The position numbers were made by a program, and so were the translations under genes. This document shows, piece after piece, positions 47,642 to 61,202 of a stretch of 64,000 nt of DNA (the stretch's first letter is position 1; each line of letters starts with the position of its first letter). The notes beneath the pieces were generated by a model. The model saw only the letters and a program-made list of their open reading frames with translations, searched no databases and was not told where the DNA came from. This DNA comes from Leidyana gryllorum EB-2025a (lineage: Eukaryota; Protista; Apicomplexa): assembly GCA_048772705.1 (NCBI GenBank), contig JBLWGC010000230.1:1364001-1428000 (forward strand), read 5' to 3'.

Positions 47642-48164
47642 TCACCAGAACCAACGATGATTAGACTGCTTGCGCAAGCTCTTTTCCCCATCCGCAGGGG
47701 CCGGAAGGTCCTGGGCTTCCAGAGACTGCCAGCCCTCATTGATGAAAGCTTGAAGGTTCTCCAGCTTGCGTGAACCTTTATACTTGACTACCTGATTGTC
47801 CTGCACACACAAAGATGACTCTTAAAATCACGCCATCTCAAGATCTTACCCTGAAGAGAAGGAGGCTAGGGAACCCGCGGATGCCAAAACGCTTAGCCAA
47901 TCCGCGTTCGACGGTACTGTCGACGCTGCCAATGTGCACCTGGTCTCCAACAACGTCAACCAACTCTTCCCATGTCGGAGCCAGACGTTTGCAGTGTCCG
48001 CACCAGGGAGCGTAAAACTTGATAAACCATGTGGAATGATCGCCTATGTCACTGGAATTGGCGCCAATGTGCGTAATGGACTCGAAGTTATCTCCAGTGA
48101 GCTCCACAGGAGTGCCAGCAGAAGCCAGCAGTCCGAAGAAGAGTCCAGGAATGAATAGTTGCAT
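47642..48164 (-). CDS. Paralogous single-thioredoxin-domain (WCGHC) protein with signal peptide and no TM
   Basis: WFIKFYAPWCGHCKRLAPTW, RFGIRGFPSL, intron, VKYKGSRKLENL...RWFW-TGA. Confidence 0.85.
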
Positions 48165-48265
48165 CAGTGGAAAAACACAAGATATTAATCACTAAATTCA
48201 GAATTCTTGGCAGTCACTTTCAGATGGGCCATGCGCACACACCATTTTTATGCCCAACCAGATCC

Positions 48266-51200
48266 CTAACTACTAACACCCCCCTCCATTTCGTGGGCTT
48301 CTTTGGCTAATTCGGGGTGGTATTCGATGACATATGCAATCAATTTCTGAAACGTCCCAATCTTCCCATCCTAAATGCAATCCACTTACCTGACGCATCG
48401 TCTTCCCCCAGTTCTTCACCTGTTTCTGACACCGGTTCCATCGATAACCCCCATTCGGTTCGGCTCGTTCGGCTGCAGCCACAATGTCCTTTACCAGCTT
48501 CTTCTTGTCGTTATGCTGCAACTCGAACGCTAACCATTCCCCATAGGCGTCACCAAGTCGCTCGTCCAGTTCTGTAGCCTTCTTGAACCACTCACGAGCC
48601 TTTCTCTCTTTGCGGTCCTGCCAAAACAGCCTGCACAACCAACAATTTTGATCAAATCTCGCACCATCGCACTCACTTTGCCGCCGCCAGAACACAGTAC
48701 GGGTCGTTTTCGGTTGTCGCTATGGCTTCAGCGGCTCGAGCAGCTCTACCAGCAGCCTCCTGCAACCAAATACTTTCACTCCACAGCAGACCAGACTTGG
48801 GGCACTCCTGTAGAGCTTTATTCATCACATGACGAGCGCTGCTAATGTCGGAGAGTGGATCAGCCAGCTCGATCTCGGTAGCCTTCAACCACACCAACTC
48901 GTCTTTTGGTACGCATATATTGGCCTGTCGAAGACATTTGTTATCTGAATATACATGCGAGTGACAGCTCACCTTTTCACGCATGGCTCGTGCTTGTGGG
49001 TAGCGAGTTTGCTTTAGTTTGCAGTCGATTGCACACACCCACAAGGGAACCGATTTGGGCAGAGTCTTGAGGCCCTGCTCATATATAGCGGAAGCGGCCA
49101 CATAGTCCGGCCCTCCCTCCTTCTCGAGCTCGAGAGCAGCATTGATCAGCCATAAACGGGCGTGCTTTGGATGTTGCTCCAGTGCTTGGGTGACCATCTC
49201 TTTGGCGACGGCATAAGTGCCATGCTGCCTCTCGAGTTGAACACTCTGCATCCATATAGCGGCGTCTCCAAGCTGCTCGCGAGCCTCTTTCAGGAGACGA
49301 CGGGCTTCACCAACGTTCCCGGTCTCCCTCTCGATCTTTACCGCAGCCAGAGCAATAGCCTCCTTGTCTTCTGCCTTCTGCATAGCCTCTGCCAGAGTTG
49401 CGCGTGCACCTTCGACGTCTCCGTCGAGCCACTGTCCCTTTGCAAGCATCAGCCAAAACAGCTCTTTCTGAGGCATTGCAGCACACGCCTGGCGTTGCAA
49501 CTCGCGAACCCGTCCCTGTGAACTGGGGAAGCGGCTCTCGAGATCGATGAGAGACAACCACACAGACTTCTTGGTGGGCAGCAGCTCTGTACACGTCTCC
49601 AAGATTGCTCGAGCCGTCTCTGGCTTGTGCTTGGCGAGTGACGCCTCGGCCTCCTCGAGACGAGCGGTTTTCAGTGCTTTCGGGTTGGGGGCATCTTGGT
49701 CATACACACTAATGGCTTTGATGATGGCTCTGCAGGTGGCAGTATTCCCTCGAGCCTCAACCTCTTCTGCATGATTGACCCAAACGGTGCGATCAAAGAC
49801 CACCTCGTCGGCTTTCAGCTTCTGAAGACCGTTCCTGAGCATATTGCGTAAATTGTCTTCTTGAGCCCCTCTGCGTGACTCTTCCAGCTCAGCGGCCGCC
49901 ACCCAGATTTCGGTGGATGCGGGACAGTTCTTACGGGCTTCATTCAGAGCCTTTCGAGCATCTTGATGATTCGAGACGCTTGCGAGTTTCAACCACAGCT
50001 CAACTGATTGGGGCACACACTCAACGGCTCGGAGAAGGAGGAGACGAGCGTTCTCTTCGTTCTCCAACGCCACGGCCTCCTGCCACAAGCGAACTGAATT
50101 AGAGATTCTCTCGAGTCCTTGACGTAAGACTCGGCGTTTCGCTTCCACATCCGACTCGCGCGACGCCAATTCGACCCACAGTCGAACAGAAGTCGGAAGA
50201 AATTTACCCACAGCAACGGTCAGATACGTCTTAGCGTCTTCAGCGTTATGTAACTTTGCAGCTTCCATCCAAATCTCTTCTTCTAAAGGACATTTCGAGC
50301 ACGCTTCCGTGATGATATCCCGAGCGCGGCCTATGCGCCCGGCACTCTGCTCCAACCGAGCGTAAGCGATCCATCCTTTGGGGTTCTTGGGATTAGTTGC
50401 CACGATCGACTTCAGAAGCGAGCGGTGCTTGGAGGTATTAGTTACATCGGCTTGACTGATGGAATCGAGCGCAGTCAAATAACCGGCGGGATCCACCACC
50501 GATGTCTTGCCAGTGACCGTACCGGCCATTACATTGTCCAATTTGCTACCTAAGGCAGACTGAAGGCCTTCTGCGAGCCGCGATGTCGAATTGAGGGGAG
50601 TTGCAGCAGGTGTAGACAGGCCTGCAGGTGTGGCCAGTCCCAACGGAGTGGCCAAACCCAGCGGAGTTGCCAATCCGAGCGGCGTGGAGAGTCCTAAGGG
50701 AGTCTGCATCCCCAAAGGAGTCGACAAACCCGGTGTGGGGGTAGCGTAACCCATAAGTGGTGTGTCCATACCACCTCCAGCAGTAGCCACTACAGCTTCC
50801 GGCATGGGTGTTATAGATCCTCCAAGATTACCACTCGCTCGTGCAGCCGCTTCGACTAGAAGGTTGTCAGGGGCCCTTTGTAAACGTTGTGGTCTCTTCT
50901 GTTTACTTCTCAAGCCGGGATCGCCAATGTCAGGGAGAGACTCCCATTCTTCTCGAGTAACACTCGCCAGATCGCCCTTCAGATCCGCGAATTGTTGATG
51001 AATCGTAGGTCTGCAAAACACGGGATTCTAAATGTGCATTCTCCTCTTCGAACTCACTTTTCTGCTCGGAGTTTTGCCAATTCTTCTTTAAGTCGTCGTT
51101 CTCGGCGCTGTCTTCCTCGCATATCCATCATCACATCAATGGAGTCGTAGGTGATGTCAGCTTGACGATCTTCCTCGTCGTATTCTGCTGACTGGAAGAG

Positions 51201-51546
51201 TGCTTCATTGTAACCATTAAACTCGTCGTAGTTCCGGTCACTGTAGTCGCCCCGGTCGTGGTCTGCTGCCGTATCATCACGAGAGACACCACCTGCAAAT
51301 CCAGTAGCTCCGCGCCCACGACCTGGAATATATCCTGGGGGCGGAGTGCCCCATTGACTGAGGTATATATAAACAGAATAGTCTCATCATGTAGCTCACT
51401 CTCGAACAGGAGGCCTTGCAGGAGCTGCAGTGACACTAGCGCGACTCAGGACGGATCTGTAGGGTGGTAGGTGTGCTTGTCAATACTCGGGTGACTTACT
51501 GGCTGATGTCCACCGTCGGTCTAGCTGGGCCGATTTGAGGCTGCAT
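48266..51546 (-). CDS. PRP6: Pre-mRNA splicing factor PRP6 (U5-102K; HAT/TPR repeats), multi-exon
   Basis: PPPGYIPGRGRGATGF, QQFADLKGDLASVTREEWESLPDIGD, VDPAGYLTAL, TNPKNPKGWIAYARLE, HAT repeats. Two short 5' introns give the start MQPQIGPAR at 51546. Confidence 0.95.
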
Positions 51547-51576
51547 ACCCAGCTCGAGGAAAAATTATGGTCATCG

Positions 51577-54500
51577 ATGGCCGTGCGGGATGTATCTGGC
51601 ATACTGGATGAGACGTTGATACGTGAAGAGCGAGCCGACGATGAGCTACGGAATCAGCTCTATCAAACCCTCAAGTTGGGGAAAGAGTCAGCGGCAACTA
51701 CCAAAACTAAGAGTATTGTTCGGGCTCAAAAGCTAATCAATAAGCTCAAACGGTTCAATGAGGCAGACAAGGATTCTGTCATCGCTGGCTTGGAGGAACT
51801 CGATGTGTCTATGTTTCTGGCAGAGATAGCCAGCGCTCTATGCGACGTCTCGAGTATCAAAAGCCGCGATATTCCCGCAATGGTACGGGTCTGTGGAGTA
51901 CTACAGGTGCACTACAACTTCGACTTCACTGATGAACTGCGGGCGGGACTCCGCAGAGCGCAAGAGAGTTCAACGCCAGGCCTGAAGCAACGATTGCTGG
52001 CTCGGTTGGCTTTCGAACTCACTTTATGTGGAGTTTTGGAGGATGACAAAGAACCTTTAGTCATCAAGTGGATCCTGGATTGGATGGAATATGTTCTCAA
52101 TATCAGTCGCTACGTGAACAACTGCAGAGGAGCAAGCCACGCCACAATGTCGCCCCAAGAGGCACACGCTCTATTGCCCTCTGAGTTGCCTTCATGGAAT
52201 GAGTACGGCCATCTGCAGACCATTGAATCGGTCGTCAAGCGGTACGCCAAGGCGGCGTTCGGGCTGCAACCCGTATTGCAAAAACAGTCCGCCCCCTGGA
52301 CTGATCCCACGTGGGAACCGTGCAGATGTCTCCCGCCGCCCCAACAAGCCAAACTAAAAGCAGCCCTCGAGAAATATGTTCGTCAAAAGTCGATAGTCCT
52401 CTTACTAATGGTTCACGAGGCTCTATTCCAACAAGAGGCTCACAATACACAACAGCGCTTACAGAAGGTCACCCTCGACCCTGAGAACGAGAGCAAACTC
52501 CAAGTCCTGCAACAGATGAAAGAGCGAGTTACCACACAGCTTCAAGTACTGTACGAAGCGTTGGGGATGCCGAAACCACTCCATCTGCAAACAGTATTGG
52601 CACAGCTGTCCAGAATGATCCTCAAGAGTCAAAATCCACAAATTGCCGAAACTTTGAACGACGCATCTGATGAGTATCCGGCGGATTTCTTCCCCCGCTT
52701 CTTGTTGGAGAACTTCAAAAGCATTTGCGCTGCCCTTTACGACAACTATGTGTCTCCCACAGCCAATCAAGCGGGCGGAATCACTCGTATGAATGCCCCT
52801 GCGGATGATGAGGGAGGTAATGGATCTTCAGATCCATATGACCCCAAAGCTATTGAAATTGAGGTCAAGTGGGCCGACGCGAGTGAAAGGTGAGCACAAA
52901 TCCGTAACTACGTTCACAGATCATCTTTTGTCTATACAGAGCGTTCTATGAAGTTATCCCCAATCTTCGAGACTTCATCCCAGCTCCACTGCTTAGTACA
53001 TCCAAGCGACAGGATATGCCGACCTCTGCCGGCGGTGAAGTCGACGACGATGGATCTACGGCGGGGATGAATAGCCCTGAGGTCGGTCGTAGGGACGACA
53101 GCGAGCCTGAGGACCTCCTCAAGGATTGCCCGAGTGCTGTGAGTCCTACAACCGCTACCGAGGAGAGGGCGACCACTGTCAGTCGAGCGCTGTCACCTAT
53201 TGATAAATTTATCGATAGTTTCCTGCACTTTGCTACCACTTGTGGGTTTGTGGACGCGGATGTGGTCGCTCAGGTGGATGCATATGTGCGCGACTTTTGC
53301 CTCAAGCAACTCAATGGCAAGCAGAATCGCAAGAGGTTGGCCAAAGCTTTCCTGAATACCCGGAAAGCCGATCTGCATGTCCTGCCGCTTGTGTGCAGAT
53401 TCACTCGAGTTCTGGGCGGTGTTTATTCTGATGTGCAACAAACGGTGGTCAGTAGCGTAATGGCAGAGTTCACCGCGCTCAAGGATGAGAAGAGTCCGTA
53501 TAAGATTGAACAGAAGATCAAGACTGTGAGGTTTCTGGGAGAGCTATGCAAATTCGAAATGGTGGCGGTTGGTCCCATCCTGACCATAATGCATCAACTC
53601 ACCGAAGAGTTCTCACCCCACAGTATTGAGATGCTGTGTGCGCTCTTGGAGACGTGTGGTCGTTTTATTGCCGGGAGTCGAGGGGCGGATGTCAGGTTGC
53701 ACAATTTGCTGGGCCGGATCAGTCGCTTCAAGAACACCAAGACTGTGCCCAGTCGCTTAGAAGTATTTCTCGAGGATCAATTGGTGATCTTGGAGGCTGC
53801 CTGTAGGCGGATGCGAGGCGAAATGCCTCCGTTGTGGGCTCGGGCGATCCGTGGATTCTGTCCAGATCCAGCTCCGCCGATGAAGCTGTTCATTGAGCAC
53901 TTGGTGTGGGATGTTCTGAACAACGAGTGGGATCCGACAACTACTGCTGCGCACGAACCGAATCGGGAAATCGTGAAATTGTTCAGGAAACTGGACTGGA
54001 AGAATCGGCAGGTGGTCTCCTGGCTGTTGGAGACCTTCCTTGATGTAAACTACCAAGTCAATGTGGACGGTTTGTCCAAATTCAGTATGTGTTTGGGTGG
54101 GCTGGCAGGGTACCAAGCGCAGTTTGCAATCACTTGCATCGATGAATTGGTGGAACGCATTGTTGTCGGTTTGGAAGAGAACGATCCGAGTCAAAGGCAA
54201 ATGCGTCTGTTCGAAAGCAAGCTGCTCACGGAGTTATTCACTGACCGGCTGATTGACAGCTATGTGATTATGGACATTCTCTATTTCATAGTCGGAATCC
54301 ACACCACCCCAACTCCCTTCGGCGCCTCTCACTTCATGACCCTCTTCGAGTTGGTCAAGAAGATCGGGACAAGTCCAGAGGTACTGGCGTCTGGTTTGAC
54401 CACTGAGGTGAAGTCCGATCTGCCTCCACTGGATTACGCTATGGCTCTGTTGGACCTCCCCCCCGTACGGGCTGGTCCGGTGAACTCTGCAGGGACAGCC

Positions 54501-56200
54501 GCTGTGCCATCGGTGTCTGATGACAATGCGGCAACTTCGACAACGACCACGCAGAGTGGAATGGGAGGGACTACCGAAAGTTTCCCCAATCGTTTGGCTG
54601 AGATGTTGTATGAGTTCAATCTGAAGAGTCCGATGTGTGTTGGAGATATCAACAATCAAGACTTCTTCCGCGTACGACTGGCTTGTCACATCATAAAAGG
54701 TAGCTGGAAACTTGTGACGAAGAGGAGTTGGAGATGGCGTTTGGAACTCTATTATCACTGCCTGACATACTACGTATCTTGGAGGGTTTACGAGGCTGAA
54801 GACACCCTGCCGGTGGATATCGACTTCACTCTCAAAGAGACGTTGGGAGAGTTCAATCCGGGTCTGTACAGCAAGATGAATTATCGAGACCGCTTCGCCA
54901 TGTCAGTGACACTGGCCAACTCCATCAAGAGCGTGGCCAACGTCCTGGAAGACGTGCTGCTCACCCCGGAGGTGGCTCCCACCAGTGTGGACTCTCTGCT
55001 GAATGGATTCTACAGCAAGATAGTTGTGCAAGACTCTCCGTTGCCCACCGCCCCATACATATCCACTCACAACGATTCAACATTGTTGGTCCAAGACAGG
55101 GCTGCCACCGAGTCGCGAGACGGCAGTAAAGAGGACGCCGAAGATGGAGGTGAAGAGGACGAGGAGGACGACCTGGGACGGGACGAAGAAGACGATGGAG
55201 AGGACAGTGGGGAAGATGACGACGAAGTAGACGAGAAATGGATCGATGACGAAGAGGACGACGAGTATGATGATGAGGGATCCAACAATGGACATGGGAG
55301 AAATGCTCAGTCCACAATCCAGTTCGATCGGGATCTCGATGGAGTGATATCTGAGTCCGTGGAAGCCGCCCGTAGCACAGCTCAGTACCTCACAATGTAT
55401 TCCAAAGCTGCAGGCGAGCTGCGTTTACCACACCATCTGCTGAAGAATCGTTCCCGCAATCTCAACGATACCCCCATCGTCGGTACGGGTGGATCACAAG
55501 TACCCACTGGAACAAATGCTACGTCCGGCACGTCCAATTCGTTCCCGATAAGCCAAATCTCAGCAGATGGCGGAACGGCTTCAGCCAACGAGACTGAAGA
55601 CAACAGTCCCACCTCCTATGTCAAATTCACTCTAGTAACCAAACGAGGAGCTACTGGCAAGTTCGCCATCAAACAGATGCTCACAGCGGCCGATTCTCGA
55701 CTTGCCAGGGTTCTCACCAAAGCCCTCCCTGAAGTCCCAGACGATTCTGTAAGTCACTACTCTCTCTCATCATCCCCTTTTCCTCCCAGCTGGACCGACA
55801 ACTCAATAAGCGATTTGTTATGGATCATGTTGATCGGATTGGCGCAGAAGAGCAACGTAGCACAGTAGGTGTTTGTTTAGAGCGAGTATCACACTCGCTG
55901 ACTTTACAGCAGGATCACCGTGCGTACAAGTTCTTCACTCCTGACGACCGTCCTGTCATGCCCTCTGCCTCACCACAACAACGCATGATGGCATCGGCAT
56001 ACCAGGTGCCTAGTGGTTTACGGTCTGGTGTGAGTGCAAGCGGAAGTACCACTCGTGGGGGGACCAAGCGTCCTGCTGGGCGAGGGAGCAAAATGAAGCC
56101 CAATCGTGAAGCAGTAGGCGCAGACTTTTTTGACGACAATCACGATTTGCTGTTCTTTCAGAGGAGAAGATGTGCTTGGCTCGAGGAGGAGGACCATTGA
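51577..56200 (+). CDS. UPF2: Nonsense-mediated decay factor UPF2 (MIF4G domains plus acidic region), multi-exon
   Basis: LDVSMFLAEIASAL, KIKTVRFLGELCKF, IEMLCALLETCGRF, DFFRVRLAC, LPVDIDF, acidic stretch, VKFTLVTKRG. The 3' end is approximate. Confidence 0.9.
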
Positions 56201-59200
56201 TATTCCTCTTCTCTGTCAAAACTCTGGGCTTCCCAAATACGGATAGTGTTTTCTAATCCGCTAGATGCCAGAACAGGCCGCGATGGGTGCACCTGGACAC
56301 AGTTGACGCTCTCACAGTCAGCGTTAAAACGACCAACAATGCTCCCTGCATTGGTTGTGCCAACCACACACCACGTCAATAGACCTACCATCGCTCCGAC
56401 GCCACACCCAAAAGGCTCCGCTGCTCCATGCGTCGTCAGTCAGCCGATCACTCGCACCAATGATGGCGTCATCGTCCCAAAACGTCGCTTCTTTGATGTC
56501 TGTGTGGATGTGACGATGGCCTGTGTACCTGAAAGAGAGAGAGAGACAGAGAGAGATGATCAGCAAAGGATACCAAGACGACAACAGAGGAGGAGACAGC
56601 AACTCACTGTCTGCTGGTGGTCAGGGGCCTCCATAATGCTCGCACACAACCGTCCAAGATCTTACGAACGTACTGTGCCCTCAGACGAGGGTACTCGTCC
56701 AACTGCGGGTCGCGCTCACTCAAGTTGGATCTCGATTTACGTCTTCCCGTCGAAGTGCTGCTGTTGGGGACACGATCGTCGCCAAGCAGATCACGATTCA
56801 AGGCGATCTCCCACATCGACCAACATTGAGCGGGGACTGCCATCTGAGTGAACCCAAAGGATGCAGCGGCTTGGGCATGGAGCAACGGATCAAAGGTGAA
56901 CGGAACTCCGTCGAGTCGGCATTGCTCTCCCCTCTAAGACGTATGATGTGTACGCCCGGCGGGCATTGCACAAACACCTCTCACCATGGCAATGCAGGGA
57001 TAGTCAGACTCAGCGACGTCGTACAACTCCTGCAATACATCGTCCAAGGGAGGATGATTTTCTTCATCAGGAGTCGACGACGTCCCCTGCTGCTCTGCAC
57101 AATGTTGCGGCGGGCCGTCGCTGCCCTCCTCTGAAGAAGGCAAGGCGGCCCCAACATGTGGAATCATCGTAATGTGGCCGACGATCACGGGGATGCGACC
57201 AGTGCTTCTGATTACAGCAGTTCTCGCCTCCGCAGCTCCACGCATCTGATCGCCGAGAGCAAATTCTACTGCCACGAGAATGGTCGCGATACTCACCAAT
57301 GTGACAAACCGGTCGATGATGTTTCCCTGTGGGTTGGATCTCCCAACCCGCCCCCGGATACGCTGGAATCTCATGAGAGGTTCGTTGAAATTATACATTC
57401 CTGTCGTAGCCTGGGCAATCCGTGATCGTGCCCACGCATCGTCGCTTTCTGTGCAAATTCACCAACCATCCATCTGTTAAATCATTAACCAACTCACCAT
57501 CGCTCAGATCACTGAGCATATCCTGATGTAGCGCCTGTACTGTCCGTCGCACCAGCAGCGCCTCCTCAGCTGAGGCATGAATTGAGGCAAAAGTCTGCAG
57601 AGACGGCGGGTCGTATAACGTAGAATCTTGACCCACCGACGATAAGTGCCGGAGATTCCCTGTGTCTCCCCCCTCTGGGTTCATTCTTGTCGGCCGAGTC
57701 CTCGTCCGGCTTCGTGCCCGGCTTCGGATGAGCGGCGGGGGAGCGAAGCGGAAGAGACCCTCCAGTTCTGACGGAACGTCCGCATAGACCATATCCGCCT
57801 CTACGCGGCTTGAAACCCGCCTCTGAACTGGCAGACGGAGTGACGCGTCGTCTCCTGATTCTGTCTCTGAGTTCACCATGTCGGACTCTGCTGCGTTACG
57901 GTAGACATGGCTGCGTGAGAGCGAACGACGTGTAAATCGCGCTGGAGGCGCCTCTCTCGACGCTGACTCAACACCTGCCGCATCCGCGCTAACGTCTTCG
58001 TCGATATCCTCCCGCGTTGATCCAGTGAACCGCCCCACCTCAGGCTCGTGTGGTGAAAAAGGGCTCGAAGCCGATTCCGATTGAGGAGCCATCTGTACAC
58101 TGCCTGAATGTGATGATGGTCCTCCCGATCGGGCATCCAGAGAAACCGGGAGCTGGTGAACTTCTTCGGCCATTACAGGAATAAAAACCGCCTCAGAATC
58201 TGTCTCTTCCACTCTCTCTTCAACTGCTTCCCGCTCCTCGCCAGCCTCAAACAAGCGCCCCGTCGAATCCAAGAGCGCAAAAACTCGATTCAAGCTGATG
58301 TCATCTTCCATTTCACGTCCCTGACTCTCGTTCGACACTGGAGCGTTCGGTCTTTGATCGCTAGCGAAAGCTCCAACCGGAGATGAGGATGAACTGGCAT
58401 CATGATCGGTGTAGCCGAATCCAGCGAGTTCTAAATGGGTAGAGAATGTCCGCTCAATGGCGTCAGGACCTGTCCATTGTGCAATAGTGCGCCGAACCGT
58501 CTCTAAATACTCGGCCGTCGGAGCGGACATGGGAGAATCCAGCATCGAGTCGCTCCAGCCGGCCGTCTCCATTCGACCCCCGAATACCTGAGCAAATCGA
58601 GGCAGCCGCCCTACCACTGAAGCTATCCGATGCGCAGACGCTCGATCTTGCTGCAGCGCAATGGTTTTCAAGAGCAATTCATAAGCTCTGGGATTCCGGG
58701 GGTTCCAACAGATAGCCTCAATGCAATCTTGAAGCGCGTTTTTCAGATCGTGGCACCGGCTCGTCAAAGCCAACTGCCGTACAGCGTGAGCCCGTCCTAG
58801 TAGCAGCGGCACTCGAAGCGTTCTCAAGATTGTCAACGGGGGCAGACTGGGTGTCAGATTGGCCAATAAAACGTCTGTATCATCAGTCGCTTCCAGAATA
58901 TTCGCAAGTTCCTTCTCGGTTGGTACTTTACCATCACCGCCTGCTGCAATCGACCACAGAGGAGAGATCACTGAAGCAAACTGTGTTGTCTGCTCAGAGA
59001 TTTCGTCGTGTTCATCTAATACTGCCAGTCGTTTGAGCTCGGCCATTAAGTCGGGCAGACTTGGGGTCGCCAAACGGAGCCCCCTTGTAAATTGTACCAT
59101 CGCAACATGCATTGAGCCCTTTTGCAAACTTCTGTAACCTTCATCCAGGTGATGCCTCGCTAAATCCAAATTGATGGGACACTCGTCCCGTTCCGAGCTC

Positions 59201-61162
59201 CCATTGCTCTCTGGCCCAACGTACTCTCGTACGACGGGCAGATGAAATGCTTGAGGCGTCATTTCAGGACATATTCGGGTATGATCGAATGGAAAAGTGT
59301 AGATAGCGTCATGTGAGTACGTTGCCAAAAACTCAGTCCCGTCCTTCTTCCATCTGTAATGGGAATCGTCCTGTCCACTCCACTGCGAGCATCACACACA
59401 CACACACACATATTGAGGCACACACCGAGCCGGGTGACAGGAAGTGTCGCTGCCCGCTCCTAGGCTCCACGTAGACTATCAATTGGGGCACCGGTGGGTG
59501 TTGTAACTCACTGCACATGTGTTGGGTAAACCATAGCTCGTGCAAGATTTCCAGGCTCCGCTTTCATGCTATGCCTCCAAACTTGATCGGTTGTTCCAAT
59601 GTGTGGCGCTGCTACCAAATGTGGGGGCGCTGCACACAACACAGGTAGAGAATTCAGCAAGTTGGGTGGAGTCCCAGGGGTCAGCATTCGTCGATCGTAT
59701 ACTCTTAGACATGGATCGTGAGCCCCTACTAACATATATTCCGACCGGATGGGATGGATTTGTGCCGACAGAAACCGACTCTGAGTCAGGGAAGTCAATG
59801 TTCATTCTGTGAGATGACTCACCTCTGGGAGCATTGAACCTTGTCGAAAAGGCTTCAAGATTTCATTGATGAGCGCTTGACTGCGTACGCCGTCTTGGTC
59901 GGCTGCGTCAAGACCGTTGAAGGCCTGGTCGAAGTGAGTGAAGGTACCCACACCCTTGAAAGAACGCACCCGATTGAGTAGGTGACACCGAGAGGCTAGT
60001 GCATTGGAGTACAGGCTGCTCGTTTGGCCATAGACGTGTGCCAGGCGAGACAGAGCCCATGCCTCATGCTGTACAACCTTGCGATCCTTTTTAATTAAGG
60101 GTAGTGTCATGGGTGGGCTAGGAGTGGCCCTAAGTAGGCACTAATTGGCGTTCACGTCAGATGGTTTGCAACTCACATTGTTGCATCCTCCAGTCCGAGA
60201 ACACTGATGAGGTTGGCGGCGATCGAATTGGCGGATCGTACCGTCTTCTGAGACTGACCACCACAAGTTATTACTATCGGGGGCAGTTGCGATGGTCATA
60301 ACTGCTTCGGAATGACATTTATGTGCACTCCTGTTTAGGAAAGATCTATCTGTGGGGCTCGTCATTGGGAGTCTTACAATTGCTGTCCCGTTCCTACATG
60401 GTAGCGATGTACTTGAGTATCGAGCCCGCCAGTTACAATCTCATCATCAGGATCAAAAGCACCACGCAGGGGATTTGAGTATAGAAAGGCGACTCCGAAG
60501 ATGTTTGAATAATGATCTGACGACAAAGCAGGAATCTGTCACCGTATTGGTGGCTGTCTGGTGCGTACTGGTCACTATTCGATAGCGATCTGGCATGTCC
60601 CGCCACCCCGTGCGCATTTCGAACGCTTCACGCTGGCGGCTAAGGGGGTGTGCGCGTGCCGGATGATAAGAGTTGGGGAAAGGATAGGGCGAGGCTTCGG
60701 CGGCTCTAGCAGCCGCTTCCGTGAAGGACTCTTCCCCCTGGTTCGCCTCATTCTTTGGAGGATATCTCCAGAGAATGGCACAAAGGTCATCGGACACTAC
60801 AACCAATTTCTGGCGGTTATATAAGAACCACATTATCACCTGACGCTAGAACGTCCTCACTACGATGCCAAGTGAGCCTGTTTACACACCCTAAATGGCC
60901 TGATGCACCATCGTCCACTCATCACCAGCCGAGATACTGTGTGATCCTTACCATAGAGACGACGACAGCGTCTGAACAACGTGAAGCTCTCTGCTACAGG
61001 CATCCAGGGCGCCATACGCCGTAACAACCTGGGGTTTGGGGAAGGTAATCCCCGTTGCGGCGTCTTGCGTGGCCGTCCACGCGCTTTGCGATATCGGAAA
61101 TCTTGATATGGGGTTCTCCTTCCATGCCAGAGCTGGGGAGTAGGACCGGACTCTGAGGGCAT
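56158..61162 (-). CDS. WD40 plus TPR DCAF protein (WDTC1/DCAF6/DCAF8-like), multi-exon
   Basis: WSVSEDGTIRQFDRR, DPCLRVYDRRML, ATYSHDAIYTF, TPR-like ALQDCIEAICWNP, YTGHRHIHTDIKEATFW, VNCVQVHP...LASSGLENTIRIW. The start is inferred. Confidence 0.85.
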
Positions 61163-61202
61163 TGCAATATTTTTTGAGTGACGTATTGGCGTAAGGGCAC
61201 TG

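Noticed and set aside
51358-51499. A long PRP6 intron hosting a snoRNA
   Set aside because: It resolves into two ordinary introns (43 and 42 nt) around an in-frame 57-nt exon.
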